In this document: piece after piece, positions 1-8,211 of the stretch
How positions within the stretch are numbered: position 1 is the stretch's first letter
Layout of the letters: every line of letters begins with the position of its first letter
Assembly (NCBI RefSeq): GCF_000196355.1
Contig: NC_007614.1
Location: 1,620,001-1,652,000, forward strand
Reading direction: 5' to 3'
Source of the DNA: Nitrosospira multiformis ATCC 25196
GTDB lineage: Bacteria; Pseudomonadota; Gammaproteobacteria; Burkholderiales; Nitrosomonadaceae
Length of the DNA: 32,000 bases
Notes under the pieces: model-generated
Database searches by the model: none
Told to the model about the DNA's origin: nothing
The model's input: only the letters and a program-made list of their open reading frames with translations
Made by a program: the position numbers and the translations under genes

Positions 1-242
1 CAAGGCTCGAACAAGAGGGTTACGGCACACGCTCACACCAGGCAGCCGGGGATTCCGCTCCGCAACCAAACCATAACCGGAGTAATTGAGGTGCCGAATT
101 GAGGTAGCAAGACATCTTTTGGCATTGCCTGTGTATGCAAATAACTCACAGGAAGAAGTAAGGGTCGCCGACGAAATTCCTGTGCTATCCTATCGTCAAA
201 ATGGCTCTTAATCGATGATATAAAAACAATCCGGCATAAGCC

Positions 243-503
243 GTGGAGGCATCATTGTTAAAAAGATGGTTCCCGCTGATAATTCTGGTTATCTTTGCAC
301 TGCTCAGCATCGGGACGCTTAACAGGCTGGCACGCAATATGGCGCAGAAAAGAGATTTCTACAGCGATCCGCTGTGCTGGACGTTTTGGGACAAAACCCA
401 TCAGGGGGCCGTGGAAGTTCGTCATGAAAGAGCGCCTCAGAAACCTGGGATGTCAGGAAAGAGCGCTTTCATGAAAAACGGAACTCTTATCGCACAAACC
501 TGA
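243..503 (+). CDS. hypothetical small membrane protein (weak call)
   Basis: 86-aa ORF with GTG start and one hydrophobic helix (WFPLIILVIFALLSIGTL). No obvious SD and no family recognised. Confidence 0.25.
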   Translation: MEASLLKRWFPLIILVIFALLSIGTLNRLARNMAQKRDFYSDPLCWTFWDKTHQGAVEVRHERAPQKPGMSGKSAFMKNGTLIAQT

Positions 504-731
504 ATATTTTCCCACGTCACCCGGAACCAGAGGCAAGAACAGTATTAAATAACACTTTGCAGTAAGCGCGTACCTGAGGAAGCGCTGCTGAAGTGCGTTC
601 GTCTCGCTACAGCAGGTCATTCAGCCTGTGTTAACTCGCATAAATCGCTCCAGTTATAGCCCCCCTTCCCTTGCAATACCTATAGCCAGGATGCCTTATT
701 CCTGACACTGGGATATCATAGTGTAAGGTTG

Positions 732-2708
732 ATGACACCTTCCATGCTCGATATCAATTCCCTTTTCTCTGCTGGGGGCGCTTTAGCCCGGAGTGTGCCA
801 GGTTATATAGTGCGTACGCAGCAGAGGGAAATGGCTCAGGCAATTGCTGATACCATTGCCTCCAGCACGATCCTGATTGCAGAGGCCGGAACGGGCACGG
901 GCAAAACCTTCGCCTATCTGGTGCCCGCCTTGATGACAGGGGGAAAGGTGATTATTTCCACGGGGACAAAGACTCTGCAAGATCAGTTGTTCAACCGTGA
1001 CATTCCAACCGTTCAGAGCGCGCTCAAAATTCCAGTTACCGTGGCCTTGTTGAAGGGACGGGCAAATTACGTTTGTCACTATCATCTCGAGCTTACCTTC
1101 CAGGAAAGCCGACCGGCCCTCGTCAGCCGAGAAGAGGTGAAGTATCTGAACTTGATTGAACGTTATGCCAAGAACAGCAAGAGCGGGGACAAGAGCGGCT
1201 TGAGTGAAGTACCTGAAAATGCCTCAGTCTGGCAGTACGTCACTTCCACCCGCGATAATTGCCTGGGTTCGAACTGTCCGCACTACAAGGATTGTTTTGT
1301 CATCGAAGCACGCAAGCAGGCCCTGTCAGCCGATGTGGTGGTGGTAAACCATCATCTATTCTTTGCCGACGTCATGCTGCGTGATGAAGGACTGTCGGAG
1401 TTGCTCCCCACCTGCAATACAGTGATATTTGACGAGGCTCACCAGTTACCGGAAACAGCCAGCCTCTTCTTTGGGGAATCCGTCAGCACCGGTCAATTGC
1501 TGGAGTTGGCCCGGGACAGCGAGGCTGAAGCACTGGGGAATGCAAAAGATTTTGCTCCCCTCCCCCCTGCTATCGCGGCAATGGAAAAGGCCGCGCGCGA
1601 TTTGCGCTTGACTGTGGAAGGGGAGAACATGCGCATGCCGGTGACTGCAATCAAGGCTAACGCAAAATTTGCCGGCGCGCTGAGCGAATTGCAGGAAAGA
1701 CTGGATAGCCTGATCGATCTGCTCGAAAGCCAAGCTGAGCGCTCGGATGGTCTGGAAAATTGCTGGCAGCGTTCTCGGGAAATCGCCGGCCGTATAAAAC
1801 GCTGGCAAGAACAGGCTGAAGCCGAAGGCTTCGTGCGGTGGGTGGAAGTATTCAGCCAGGCATTGCAACTCAATGCCACCCCGCTTTCCATTGCGGGGAT
1901 ATTCAACAAACAATTGGGCGGCCCTCCACGCGCCTGGATATTTACGTCCGCAACACTTTCAGTCAAGGGCGACTTCTCTCATTATAACGATCAGATGGGG
2001 CTGAATACGGGAACCATCCCTTCGCATTCCATGTGCTGGGAAAGTCCCTTTGATTTTGCCCATCAGGCTTTGCTCTATGTTCCAGCAGGCATTCCGGAAC
2101 CGAACAGCAGCAGATATACGGAAGACGTGGTGAAGGCAGCGCTGCCGGTATTGAAGGCCAGCCGGGGGCGGGCATTTTTCCTGTGCACCAGCCTGCGCGC
2201 GATGCAAAAGACATATGAATTGCTGCTGGAGGCATTCAAGCGGGAAAGACTCGACTACCCTCTGCTGCTGCAAGGCCAAGGTGCGCGCTCCCACATGCTG
2301 GAGCGTTTCCGGAAGATGGGCAATGCAATTCTGATCGGCAGCCAATCCTTCTGGGAGGGCGTGGATGTGCGTGGAGAAGCATTATCCCTGGTGGTGATCG
2401 ACAAACTTCCTTTCGCTCCTCCCGATGACCCGGTGCTTGCCGCACGTATCGACAAAATCAACAAGGAGGGCCGTAATGCCTTCATGGAGTATCAATTGCC
2501 GCACGCTGTGATCAATCTGAAACAAGGAGCTGGCAGGTTGATCCGGGATGAAACCGACCGGGGGGTACTGATGATCTGCGATCCGCGCCTGATCAGCAGG
2601 CCCTATGGCAGAAAAATCTGGCAGAGCCTGCCCCCCATGAAGCGCACACGCAATCTGGCTGAAGTGGAAGCGTTTTTTTCGGCAAATTCCACCTTGACCC
2701 AGGCGTGA
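732..2708 (+). CDS. DinG-family (YoaA-like) ATP-dependent Fe-S DNA helicase
   Basis: Walker A AEAGTGTGKT; DEAH box (VIFDEAHQL); four-Cys Fe-S pattern (YVCHYH ... NCLGSNCPHYKDC); C-terminal helicase motifs (SQSFWEGVDV, QGAGRLIRD). ATG at 732 immediately follows an alternative TTG at 729. Confidence 0.9.
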   Translation: MTPSMLDINSLFSAGGALARSVPGYIVRTQQREMAQAIADTIASSTILIAEAGTGTGKTFAYLVPALMTGGKVIISTGTKTLQDQLFNRDIPTVQSALKIPVTVALLKGRANYVCHYHLELTFQESRPALVSREEVKYLNLIERYAKNSKSGDKSGLSEVPENASVWQYVTSTRDNCLGSNCPHYKDCFVIEARKQALSADVVVVNHHLFFADVMLRDEGLSELLPTCNTVIFDEAHQLPETASLFFGESVSTGQLLELARDSEAEALGNAKDFAPLPPAIAAMEKAARDLRLTVEGENMRMPVTAIKANAKFAGALSELQERLDSLIDLLESQAERSDGLENCWQRSREIAGRIKRWQEQAEAEGFVRWVEVFSQALQLNATPLSIAGIFNKQLGGPPRAWIFTSATLSVKGDFSHYNDQMGLNTGTIPSHSMCWESPFDFAHQALLYVPAGIPEPNSSRYTEDVVKAALPVLKASRGRAFFLCTSLRAMQKTYELLLEAFKRERLDYPLLLQGQGARSHMLERFRKMGNAILIGSQSFWEGVDVRGEALSLVVIDKLPFAPPDDPVLAARIDKINKEGRNAFMEYQLPHAVINLKQGAGRLIRDETDRGVLMICDPRLISRPYGRKIWQSLPPMKRTRNLAEVEAFFSANSTLTQA

Positions 2709-3427
2709 AGCACATTTTGCCCGCGCTCCTGGCGGGGTGTATTTTCATGCAGGATGTGCGCGGCGAAAACAACGATGCGTCCGAGAGCTCCCAAAGCCAC
2801 AGACCCGAGCCGATGGTCTTTGACCTGGTCGATCCGCTCGATGCAAAGAAGGGTGAACTCGAGATCAATGCCTTGCTGAATCTTTCGCCGGGGGCGGAGA
2901 TGCTACGCTGGTCGCCCGAGATCGAATACAGCTATATGGATGGTCACTCGATCGAATTGGAACTACCGATCGAGAATGATTTTCTGCAGCAATATAAGGT
3001 TTCTTTGCAAGGTTCTTTCGGTACGCTCGCGCAGGGTCGCATGCTGCATGGCTGGCAGGCTATCGGGCGGCGAAAAAACGATGAAAAAGTGTTCGGGGCG
3101 GAAATCCTCTATTTGAACGATTATAAATTTTCTGACATGTGGAGCATGATGAACATGCTCGGGGTACGGCACACCGCTTTGGGTAAATCCGGTAAGTTCG
3201 TCGGTGTGCTCAATAACAGCCTGTTTTACAGTTATTCAAAACATCTCGCCCTGGGTATAGAGTTGAACAATGAAATAGAAGAACGGCGCTGGCGCTACCG
3301 ATTGACCCCCCAGCTCCAATACGTCTTCAACAAGCACTCGATTATTCAGGTGGGCGGCGGACCGTCGCAGTTGAACACCGAGCGAACCGAGTGGCTGCTG
3401 ACCTCACGTGTCATTTATGACTTCTAA
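2705..3427 (+). CDS. putative lipoprotein / outer-membrane beta-barrel-like protein
   Basis: GTG start overlaps the helicase stop (GTGA). Lipobox LLAGC, alternating beta-strand-like sequence, and an aromatic C-terminus (RVIYDF) typical of OM proteins. No named family recognised. Confidence 0.6.
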   Translation: MKHILPALLAGCIFMQDVRGENNDASESSQSHRPEPMVFDLVDPLDAKKGELEINALLNLSPGAEMLRWSPEIEYSYMDGHSIELELPIENDFLQQYKVSLQGSFGTLAQGRMLHGWQAIGRRKNDEKVFGAEILYLNDYKFSDMWSMMNMLGVRHTALGKSGKFVGVLNNSLFYSYSKHLALGIELNNEIEERRWRYRLTPQLQYVFNKHSIIQVGGGPSQLNTERTEWLLTSRVIYDF

Positions 3428-3608
3428 TCCGGGGATAGCAATCCAATTCCTTTTGCTATTCTGGCACGCGTATCGCGTACCCTCCCCGATTTAAGGCATT
3501 GCAGCACACAGTCGTGCTGGCAGAACCCCCTGTGCGCCAAACGAAGAGGGCCAAGAGAGCCAAAAGGCCACGGATAGAAATGGAGCAAGAACGAAAGAAA
3601 GGGGTTTT

Positions 3609-3842
3609 CTACGAGCGGTCGCGCAGTTCCGTCACCCCTTCTTTCTCTGCGCAATGATTGCAGCAGAACATGGCGCCGCTTTTCTCCAGGCCGTGCCCGA
3701 TGATTCGAACGCCACAGTGCGTGCAGGTAGGCGCAAGCTGGTTAATGGCACATTCAAAACTGTCGAACGTATAGGTTTTATTCGAAACGACTATCTGAAA
3801 AGCTTTATCGTAGTCGTTCCCACATCCATCACATTTCGGCAT
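3609..3842 (-). CDS. small Cys/His-rich putative metal-binding protein (77 aa)
   Basis: Strong SD (GAGGAG about 6 nt upstream of ATG). Eight Cys at residues 4, 7, 31, 40, 43, 60, 61, 64, arranged CxxC-x23-C-x8-CxHC-x16-CCxHC, plus His50. Confidence 0.7.
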   Translation of the reverse strand: MPKCDGCGNDYDKAFQIVVSNKTYTFDSFECAINQLAPTCTHCGVRIIGHGLEKSGAMFCCNHCAEKEGVTELRDRS

Positions 3843-4268
3843 ACGCTTCTCCTCTAGGCTGAAAACGAGCCTTCCAGCAGGCCCGCTGCAAGAACTCCGA
3901 AAAAACTTCTATTCCACTGCCTCGCCAGATTGCGCGAATCGTTTGTCCCTTTCGGCTTTTGAAACTTTGAAATGAGGCTGCCGGAATCATTGTAACCCAA
4001 GGTAGAGGAAGAACTTCTCCTGATGGGGGTTGACGGGGACGCGAATCCATCAATCCAGCAACCCGGCTAATTGCTTCCCCAGGACCGCAGACGGGCACAA
4101 ATATACTCCATCTTTGCAGGGCCGGGTGCGCTATCGACTATGGTATCCAGGGAGAGGATCGAGGTACTTTGACGGGGTGGATCAAGCGCCCGCCCTGTTT
4201 GTCATGAAATCCCGGACCATTTGCGACTTTGCGGGGAAGATAGCAATACCCCAAGCGATTCATATAGC

Positions 4269-4296
4269 TTGAAAAAGTCGAATTTTGTTATATCTT
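4269..4296 (+). promoter_or_regulatory. candidate sigma70-type promoter for the PEP-CTERM gene
   Basis: TTGAAA (4269-4274), 16-nt spacer, TATCTT (4291-4296), about 80 nt upstream of ATG 4379. Pattern match only. Confidence 0.3.
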
Positions 4297-4378
4297 AAAA
4301 GGTACCAGTGGAGGTAATACAGCGCCTTTGCCGGTTCAGATCTGGTTATCGCCGCAGCTTTCTTGAGGAGAGATAAAA

Positions 4379-4996
4379 ATGAAAAAAATTCATGCTGCCG
4401 TTCTTGCTATGGGATTCGTTACTGGTAACGTAAACGCTGCCGATTTTTCTTTTACGGGAAACTTTGAGCATGATGACGAGGTACAGGAGTTTAACTTTAC
4501 CGTGACCGCCCCGATGTCTGACGTTACCTTGCGTACCTGGTCTTACGCGGGAGGGACAAACGCTGCTGGAGCGGAGGTTGCCCGAGGAGGATTCGATCCC
4601 ATCGTTGCATTATTTGACGGATCGGGAAATTTGATTGATCAGAATGATGACAGTGGTCTGGTCCTTGATCCCGTCAGTCTAGCCGCTTATGACTCCCTTC
4701 TGACGCACGCTCTCTCGGCTGGAAACTATACTGCGACCGTCACTCAATACAGCAGCTTTGCCAATGGACCTTTGCTAGCTGATGGCTTCCAGGGCACTTC
4801 CCATACAAACTTCAGTAGCCGTGATTCGCATTGGGCACTGGATATATTGAATGTCAGCTCCGCTTCAATCGGCGCTTCTTATATCTCTGAGACTCCTCCT
4901 ATCCCGGAGCCCGAATCCTATGCTCTGCTGCTGGCGGGGCTCGGCCTTATTACGTTCGTGATGCGGTACTCCTCAAGGAAGCAAATGCCGGCATGA
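4379..4996 (+). CDS. PEP-CTERM-anchored secreted protein, DVUA0089-like N-terminal domain
   Basis: SD GAGGAG upstream; signal peptide (MKKIHAAVLAMGFVTGNVNA). DVUA0089-type motifs: FSFTGNF..DDEV..FNFTV, LRTWSYAGGTNAAG, GGFDPIVALFD, NDD. C-terminal PEP-CTERM sorting signal: IPEPESYALLLAGLGLITFVMR followed by basic residues. Confidence 0.85.
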   Translation: MKKIHAAVLAMGFVTGNVNAADFSFTGNFEHDDEVQEFNFTVTAPMSDVTLRTWSYAGGTNAAGAEVARGGFDPIVALFDGSGNLIDQNDDSGLVLDPVSLAAYDSLLTHALSAGNYTATVTQYSSFANGPLLADGFQGTSHTNFSSRDSHWALDILNVSSASIGASYISETPPIPEPESYALLLAGLGLITFVMRYSSRKQMPA

Positions 4997-5113
4997 AGTA
5001 GGGGAGGAGTGAAATAATGTGTCTTTTTACTCAATCGCGTGCGCCACCGTACAGAAAAACACAACGGTGACAGCTATAGTGACAGCTCGAAAATAACCAG
5101 AGGAGGTATCAAC

Positions 5114-5416
5114 ATGAGCTATCTGAAACCCGTTCTTACCGCAACGATGCTGGCGCTGGCGCTCGGACTTCCCGCTTGTAAATCCAAACAGGAAGCGGCG
5201 CGGGAACAATCACTGGAACAGAAGGCCGATACAAAGGAAGATAAGGCAGATGTGGTGCGCAAGGAAGGGGAAGCAACTGCGGACAGGATCGAAAGGCAAG
5301 ATCCTGGTATGGATTCCAGGAGCACGGATCGAGCCGCCGACGCTGCACGTGAATCCTCCGAGAATCGCGCCGACCAGTTGGAAGATGAAGCCGATCGCCT
5401 GCGCGAGCAGAAGTAA
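5114..5416 (+). CDS. probable small lipoprotein, charged/low-complexity (100 aa)
   Basis: ATG at 5114 preceded by AGGAGG (5101-5106). Signal peptide ending in the lipobox-like GLPAC. The remainder is rich in E/D/R/K/A. Confidence 0.6.
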   Translation: MSYLKPVLTATMLALALGLPACKSKQEAAREQSLEQKADTKEDKADVVRKEGEATADRIERQDPGMDSRSTDRAADAARESSENRADQLEDEADRLREQK

Positions 5417-5433
5417 TGGTTATAACGGTTGGT

Positions 5434-5467
5434 CCTGGTTAACGGCAATCAGCTGCGGTTAACCAGG
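5434..5467. terminator. stem-loop between convergent genes (possible bidirectional terminator)
   Basis: Perfect 10-bp stem CCTGGTTAAC (5434-5443) / GTTAACCAGG (5458-5467) with a 14-nt loop. A T5 run follows on the + strand a few nt downstream. It lies between the 5416 stop (+) and the 5469 stop (-). Confidence 0.45.
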
Positions 5468-5468
5468 G

Positions 5469-7325
5469 TCATCCTTTTTCGTACAGTTCGGTAATCTGGG
5501 TCGCGAAGCGCTTTTCGATTTCTGAACGTTTCAGTTTCAGAGTGGGTGTCAGCAGGCCGTCTTCCACCTTCCAGGGTTCCTGTGACAGATATACCGCCCG
5601 AATTCGGGCGTATTTGGGGAAACCGCGCAAGGTTGCCTTGATCCTTTTCAAAGCGGCTGCTCGGGTAGCCGAATGGCTCAGAGATTGGACCTCGTCCGTT
5701 TTCAGCCCCAGGCTGGAGGCAAGATTCCGCCATTCCCTCTTGTTCACTACAGCCAGTGCGGTCAAATAAGGTCTTCCTTCGCCAACCACCATTACCTGGT
5801 CAAACAAGGGTTCTTGAACGATAGACATCTCCAGATCTCCCGAGGGCACTTTTTCACCACTGGAAGTGACCAGAATCTCTTTGATTCGTCCGCTGATAAA
5901 TACATGATTGTCAGAAATACGGGCCTGATCACCGGTATGCAGCCACCCCTCTGCATCAATCGCAGCGCGGGTTTCTTCGGGTCTGTTCCAGTAGCCCAGC
6001 ATGACGCCAGGACTTCGGGCCAACAGTTCACGCTGCTCGCCGATACGCAGCTCTACGCCAAGCAATGCGCTCCCCGTTGATCCGGGCATATTATCCTGCA
6101 AGCGATTGGCTGTCAGAATGGGTGAAGCTTCGGTCAGTCCGTACCCTTGCAGAAGCGGCAAACCCAGTCCTATAAAATACCTGGAAACATCCGCATGGAG
6201 CGGGCCACCTCCGCTTACGGCTAGCCGGAGCCTCCCCCCGAATGCGGCCAGCACCTTGGCGGCTACCAATTGACGCAGAATAGGCCACGCAACGCGCTGC
6301 CATAGTCTCTCCTTCCCCTGTGCTTGCACGACGGTGAAGCGTTTCCAGCCAAGTGCAACAGTCCAGTCGAGCAACAACCTGGCAACCCATCCTCTTTCCT
6401 GCACCTGCTGGTTCATTTTATTGCGAATACCTACATAAACCTGCGGCACGGCAACGAATATACCAGGCCGTACGGATTTCAAATCCTCTGGCAAATCTTT
6501 TAGTGAACGGGCATAGGCTACGCTGCTCCCCGCCATGAGAGGAACGTAATAGCTGGCAGTGCGCTCAAGCATATGCGAGAGCGGCAGAAGCGAGAGATAA
6601 ACGTCTTCCGGATAGCCGGATATCGCTTGAAGGGTTGCCTCCGCATTCCAAAGCACATTGAAGTGTGAAAGCATGACACCCTTGGGCTTGCCGGTGGTTC
6701 CAGAAGTGTAAACAAGTGTAGCGAGCGCGTGAGAATCGGAGGGTTGAGAATTACCCTTGTCGCCAGAGTTGCCCCTCTCCTCCTCATCGCTGGCACCCTC
6801 ATCTGCTGCCTTCAGCCATTCACCTACACCCTGTAGCACCCTGCCCTCGCCACCGTCTCCTGACGGATGTTCAACGCATAGTATCTTGCCTAATCCGGCA
6901 TCCTTGCATCGGGAGGCCAGTGTTTCCCAACGCTTTTGAGTGCCCACCAGAAGTAACCGGCTGCCGGAATCCTCGAGAATGTAGGCAATGTTATCTGGCG
7001 CATCGGAGGGATAAAGAGGCACCACCACGAGCCCGACAGCGAGTGCCGCCTGATCAAAGCAGACCCATTCAATGGAATTGCGTAGCAGGATTGCGACACG
7101 ATCACCCGCTTCGAGATTCTCCCGCATCAAAGCGCGCTTCCAGCGCCTCACCCGCGTACCCATTTCCTGCCAGTTGTATTCCCGCCATTCCCCGCTCTCG
7201 ACATCAAATTGCCGGTACGCGATCGCTTGTGGGGTACGCTTGATTCGAATGGAAAAGAGTCCTGCCAGTGTCTGAGCCTCTCCGCATGAAATGATATCTG
7301 TCTTCCGCTTCTGCCCCATCTGCAT
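5469..7325 (-). CDS. long-chain-fatty-acid--CoA ligase (AMP-dependent synthetase/ligase family)
   Basis: AMP-binding signature YTSGTTGKPKGVMLSH; GYGLTE; C-terminal TPTLKLKR motif. The start is uncertain: the ORF is open to 7427, but ATGs at 7325/7319 give the N-terminus usual for this family. Confidence 0.9.
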   Translation of the reverse strand: MQMGQKRKTDIISCGEAQTLAGLFSIRIKRTPQAIAYRQFDVESGEWREYNWQEMGTRVRRWKRALMRENLEAGDRVAILLRNSIEWVCFDQAALAVGLVVVPLYPSDAPDNIAYILEDSGSRLLLVGTQKRWETLASRCKDAGLGKILCVEHPSGDGGEGRVLQGVGEWLKAADEGASDEEERGNSGDKGNSQPSDSHALATLVYTSGTTGKPKGVMLSHFNVLWNAEATLQAISGYPEDVYLSLLPLSHMLERTASYYVPLMAGSSVAYARSLKDLPEDLKSVRPGIFVAVPQVYVGIRNKMNQQVQERGWVARLLLDWTVALGWKRFTVVQAQGKERLWQRVAWPILRQLVAAKVLAAFGGRLRLAVSGGGPLHADVSRYFIGLGLPLLQGYGLTEASPILTANRLQDNMPGSTGSALLGVELRIGEQRELLARSPGVMLGYWNRPEETRAAIDAEGWLHTGDQARISDNHVFISGRIKEILVTSSGEKVPSGDLEMSIVQEPLFDQVMVVGEGRPYLTALAVVNKREWRNLASSLGLKTDEVQSLSHSATRAAALKRIKATLRGFPKYARIRAVYLSQEPWKVEDGLLTPTLKLKRSEIEKRFATQITELYEKG

Positions 7326-7852
7326 GGCTCCATGTATCTTGAAATCAATCATCAATCCTAGCGTGAGACTTATGGTTTTGCTGCCTTCACCCTTCTTCTC
7401 AGTCACGGGTGGTCCCCTTTTCATCATAGATTAGACTATGCGCGGAAGACCATTTTGCCCAGAGTTGTAGTACTAGGCCAAATGATGGCGGGTCATATAT
7501 CCCATACAAGCGATATTCGCATCTTTCGTTAAGCCAATCTCCTGATCTTGCCGAAGCGGCCCGGCTGAGCATCCGTCCGACCCCGAAGACAGGCCCTGTC
7601 GCTCAGGAAATGCTTGCCGCTCGTTCAGAGCTCCTTCGATCCTTCGAACAGATTCAGGATCAGGGCGGGAGATGAAGTGCCCAGGATGACAGCAACGAAG
7701 GGTTTAGAGAGAAGGAAAGAAGAGATCGAACGAGTGGAGAAATATACCCCCACTCCTCTTAGCCTCAAAAAAGCTGCAAGGAATGCTCGCTCTTCCATAG
7801 CCCTGGATCATTTTTGCTTGAGCAGTCTTGCGAGGGGACGGTATAACAGCCA

Positions 7853-8050
7853 TCAGACCCAGGAGCAATCAATCGTATCCTTAGCAATATTGGTCAAGTT
7901 TCCAGTATTTTTTATGTCACCATACTCTTTCACCGGACGATGAAGCCAACGAGGGTCGGGCTCGTGAAGACAGGGAAAACAAAACCAAGGCTGATAATCA
8001 GGACTGCCGCCAATCAAGCGCTGGATTTTAGAGCCATGGATAATTTTCAT
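7853..8050 (-). CDS. hypothetical protein (65 aa, weak call)
   Basis: ATG with a weak GGAA-type SD. No family recognised. It competes with the antisense ORF 7614..7943. Confidence 0.3.
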   Translation of the reverse strand: MKIIHGSKIQRLIGGSPDYQPWFCFPCLHEPDPRWLHRPVKEYGDIKNTGNLTNIAKDTIDCSWV

Positions 8051-8159
8051 GATTTTCTTTCCGTAAGAGATTATTTTTAGAGATTCGGGGCTCCGAATTT
8101 GATGAAAGCATGCCGAATCGGTATCTGACAGTGCCAGATTAAACCTTAACTCTAATAAT

Positions 8160-8187
8160 GAAGATGGACGTTTAAACGTCCATCTTC
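8160..8187 (-). terminator. perfect 28-nt palindrome (hairpin) downstream of 8212..9024
   Basis: GAAGATGGACGTTTAAACGTCCATCTTC forms 14-nt arms with no spacer. It sits 25 nt past the stop of the minus-strand gene. The flanking T-tract is only modest. Confidence 0.4.
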
Positions 8188-8211
8188 ATCTGGCGAGACC
8201 TTCGAGTTTAT

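Noticed and set aside
1-242. Possible gene end or structured RNA at the left edge (AATTGAGG direct repeat at about 83-105)
   Set aside because: All three forward frames close within about 100 nt and give unrecognisable peptides. No minus-strand ORF leaves the window. I recognised no tRNA/tmRNA/RNase P-like motifs, so there is too little sequence to call.
504-731. SOS (LexA) box upstream of the DinG-family helicase
   Set aside because: I found no CTGT-N8-ACAG or CTG-N10-CAG palindrome. Only partial half-sites in the wrong arrangement were seen.
783-2868. Numerous antisense or out-of-frame ORFs inside the helicase gene, and likewise inside the ligase, ABC, HlyD, TonB, IS and LamG genes (e.g. 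1446..1913, 5673..6080, 10557..10982, 12952..13446, 17785..18096, 30796..31269)
   Set aside because: They are shadow ORFs typical of moderately GC-rich coding DNA. They lie entirely within strongly supported genes, have low-complexity Arg/Ala/Ser/Pro-rich translations and no SD.
3829-4272. ORFs 3829..4098 (-) and 4030..4272 (+) in the long intergenic region
   Set aside because: They overlap each other antisense, have no SD, and show odd composition with no recognisable family. I treated the region as non-coding, pending RNA or homology data.
4309-4323. Sigma54 promoter (TGG-N9-GC) upstream of the PEP-CTERM gene
   Set aside because: Only the invariant GG and GC dinucleotides and their spacing match. 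The flanking bases (TGGAGG...CAGCG) differ from TGGCAC-N5-TTGCA. It is kept only as a note inside the intergenic-region finding.
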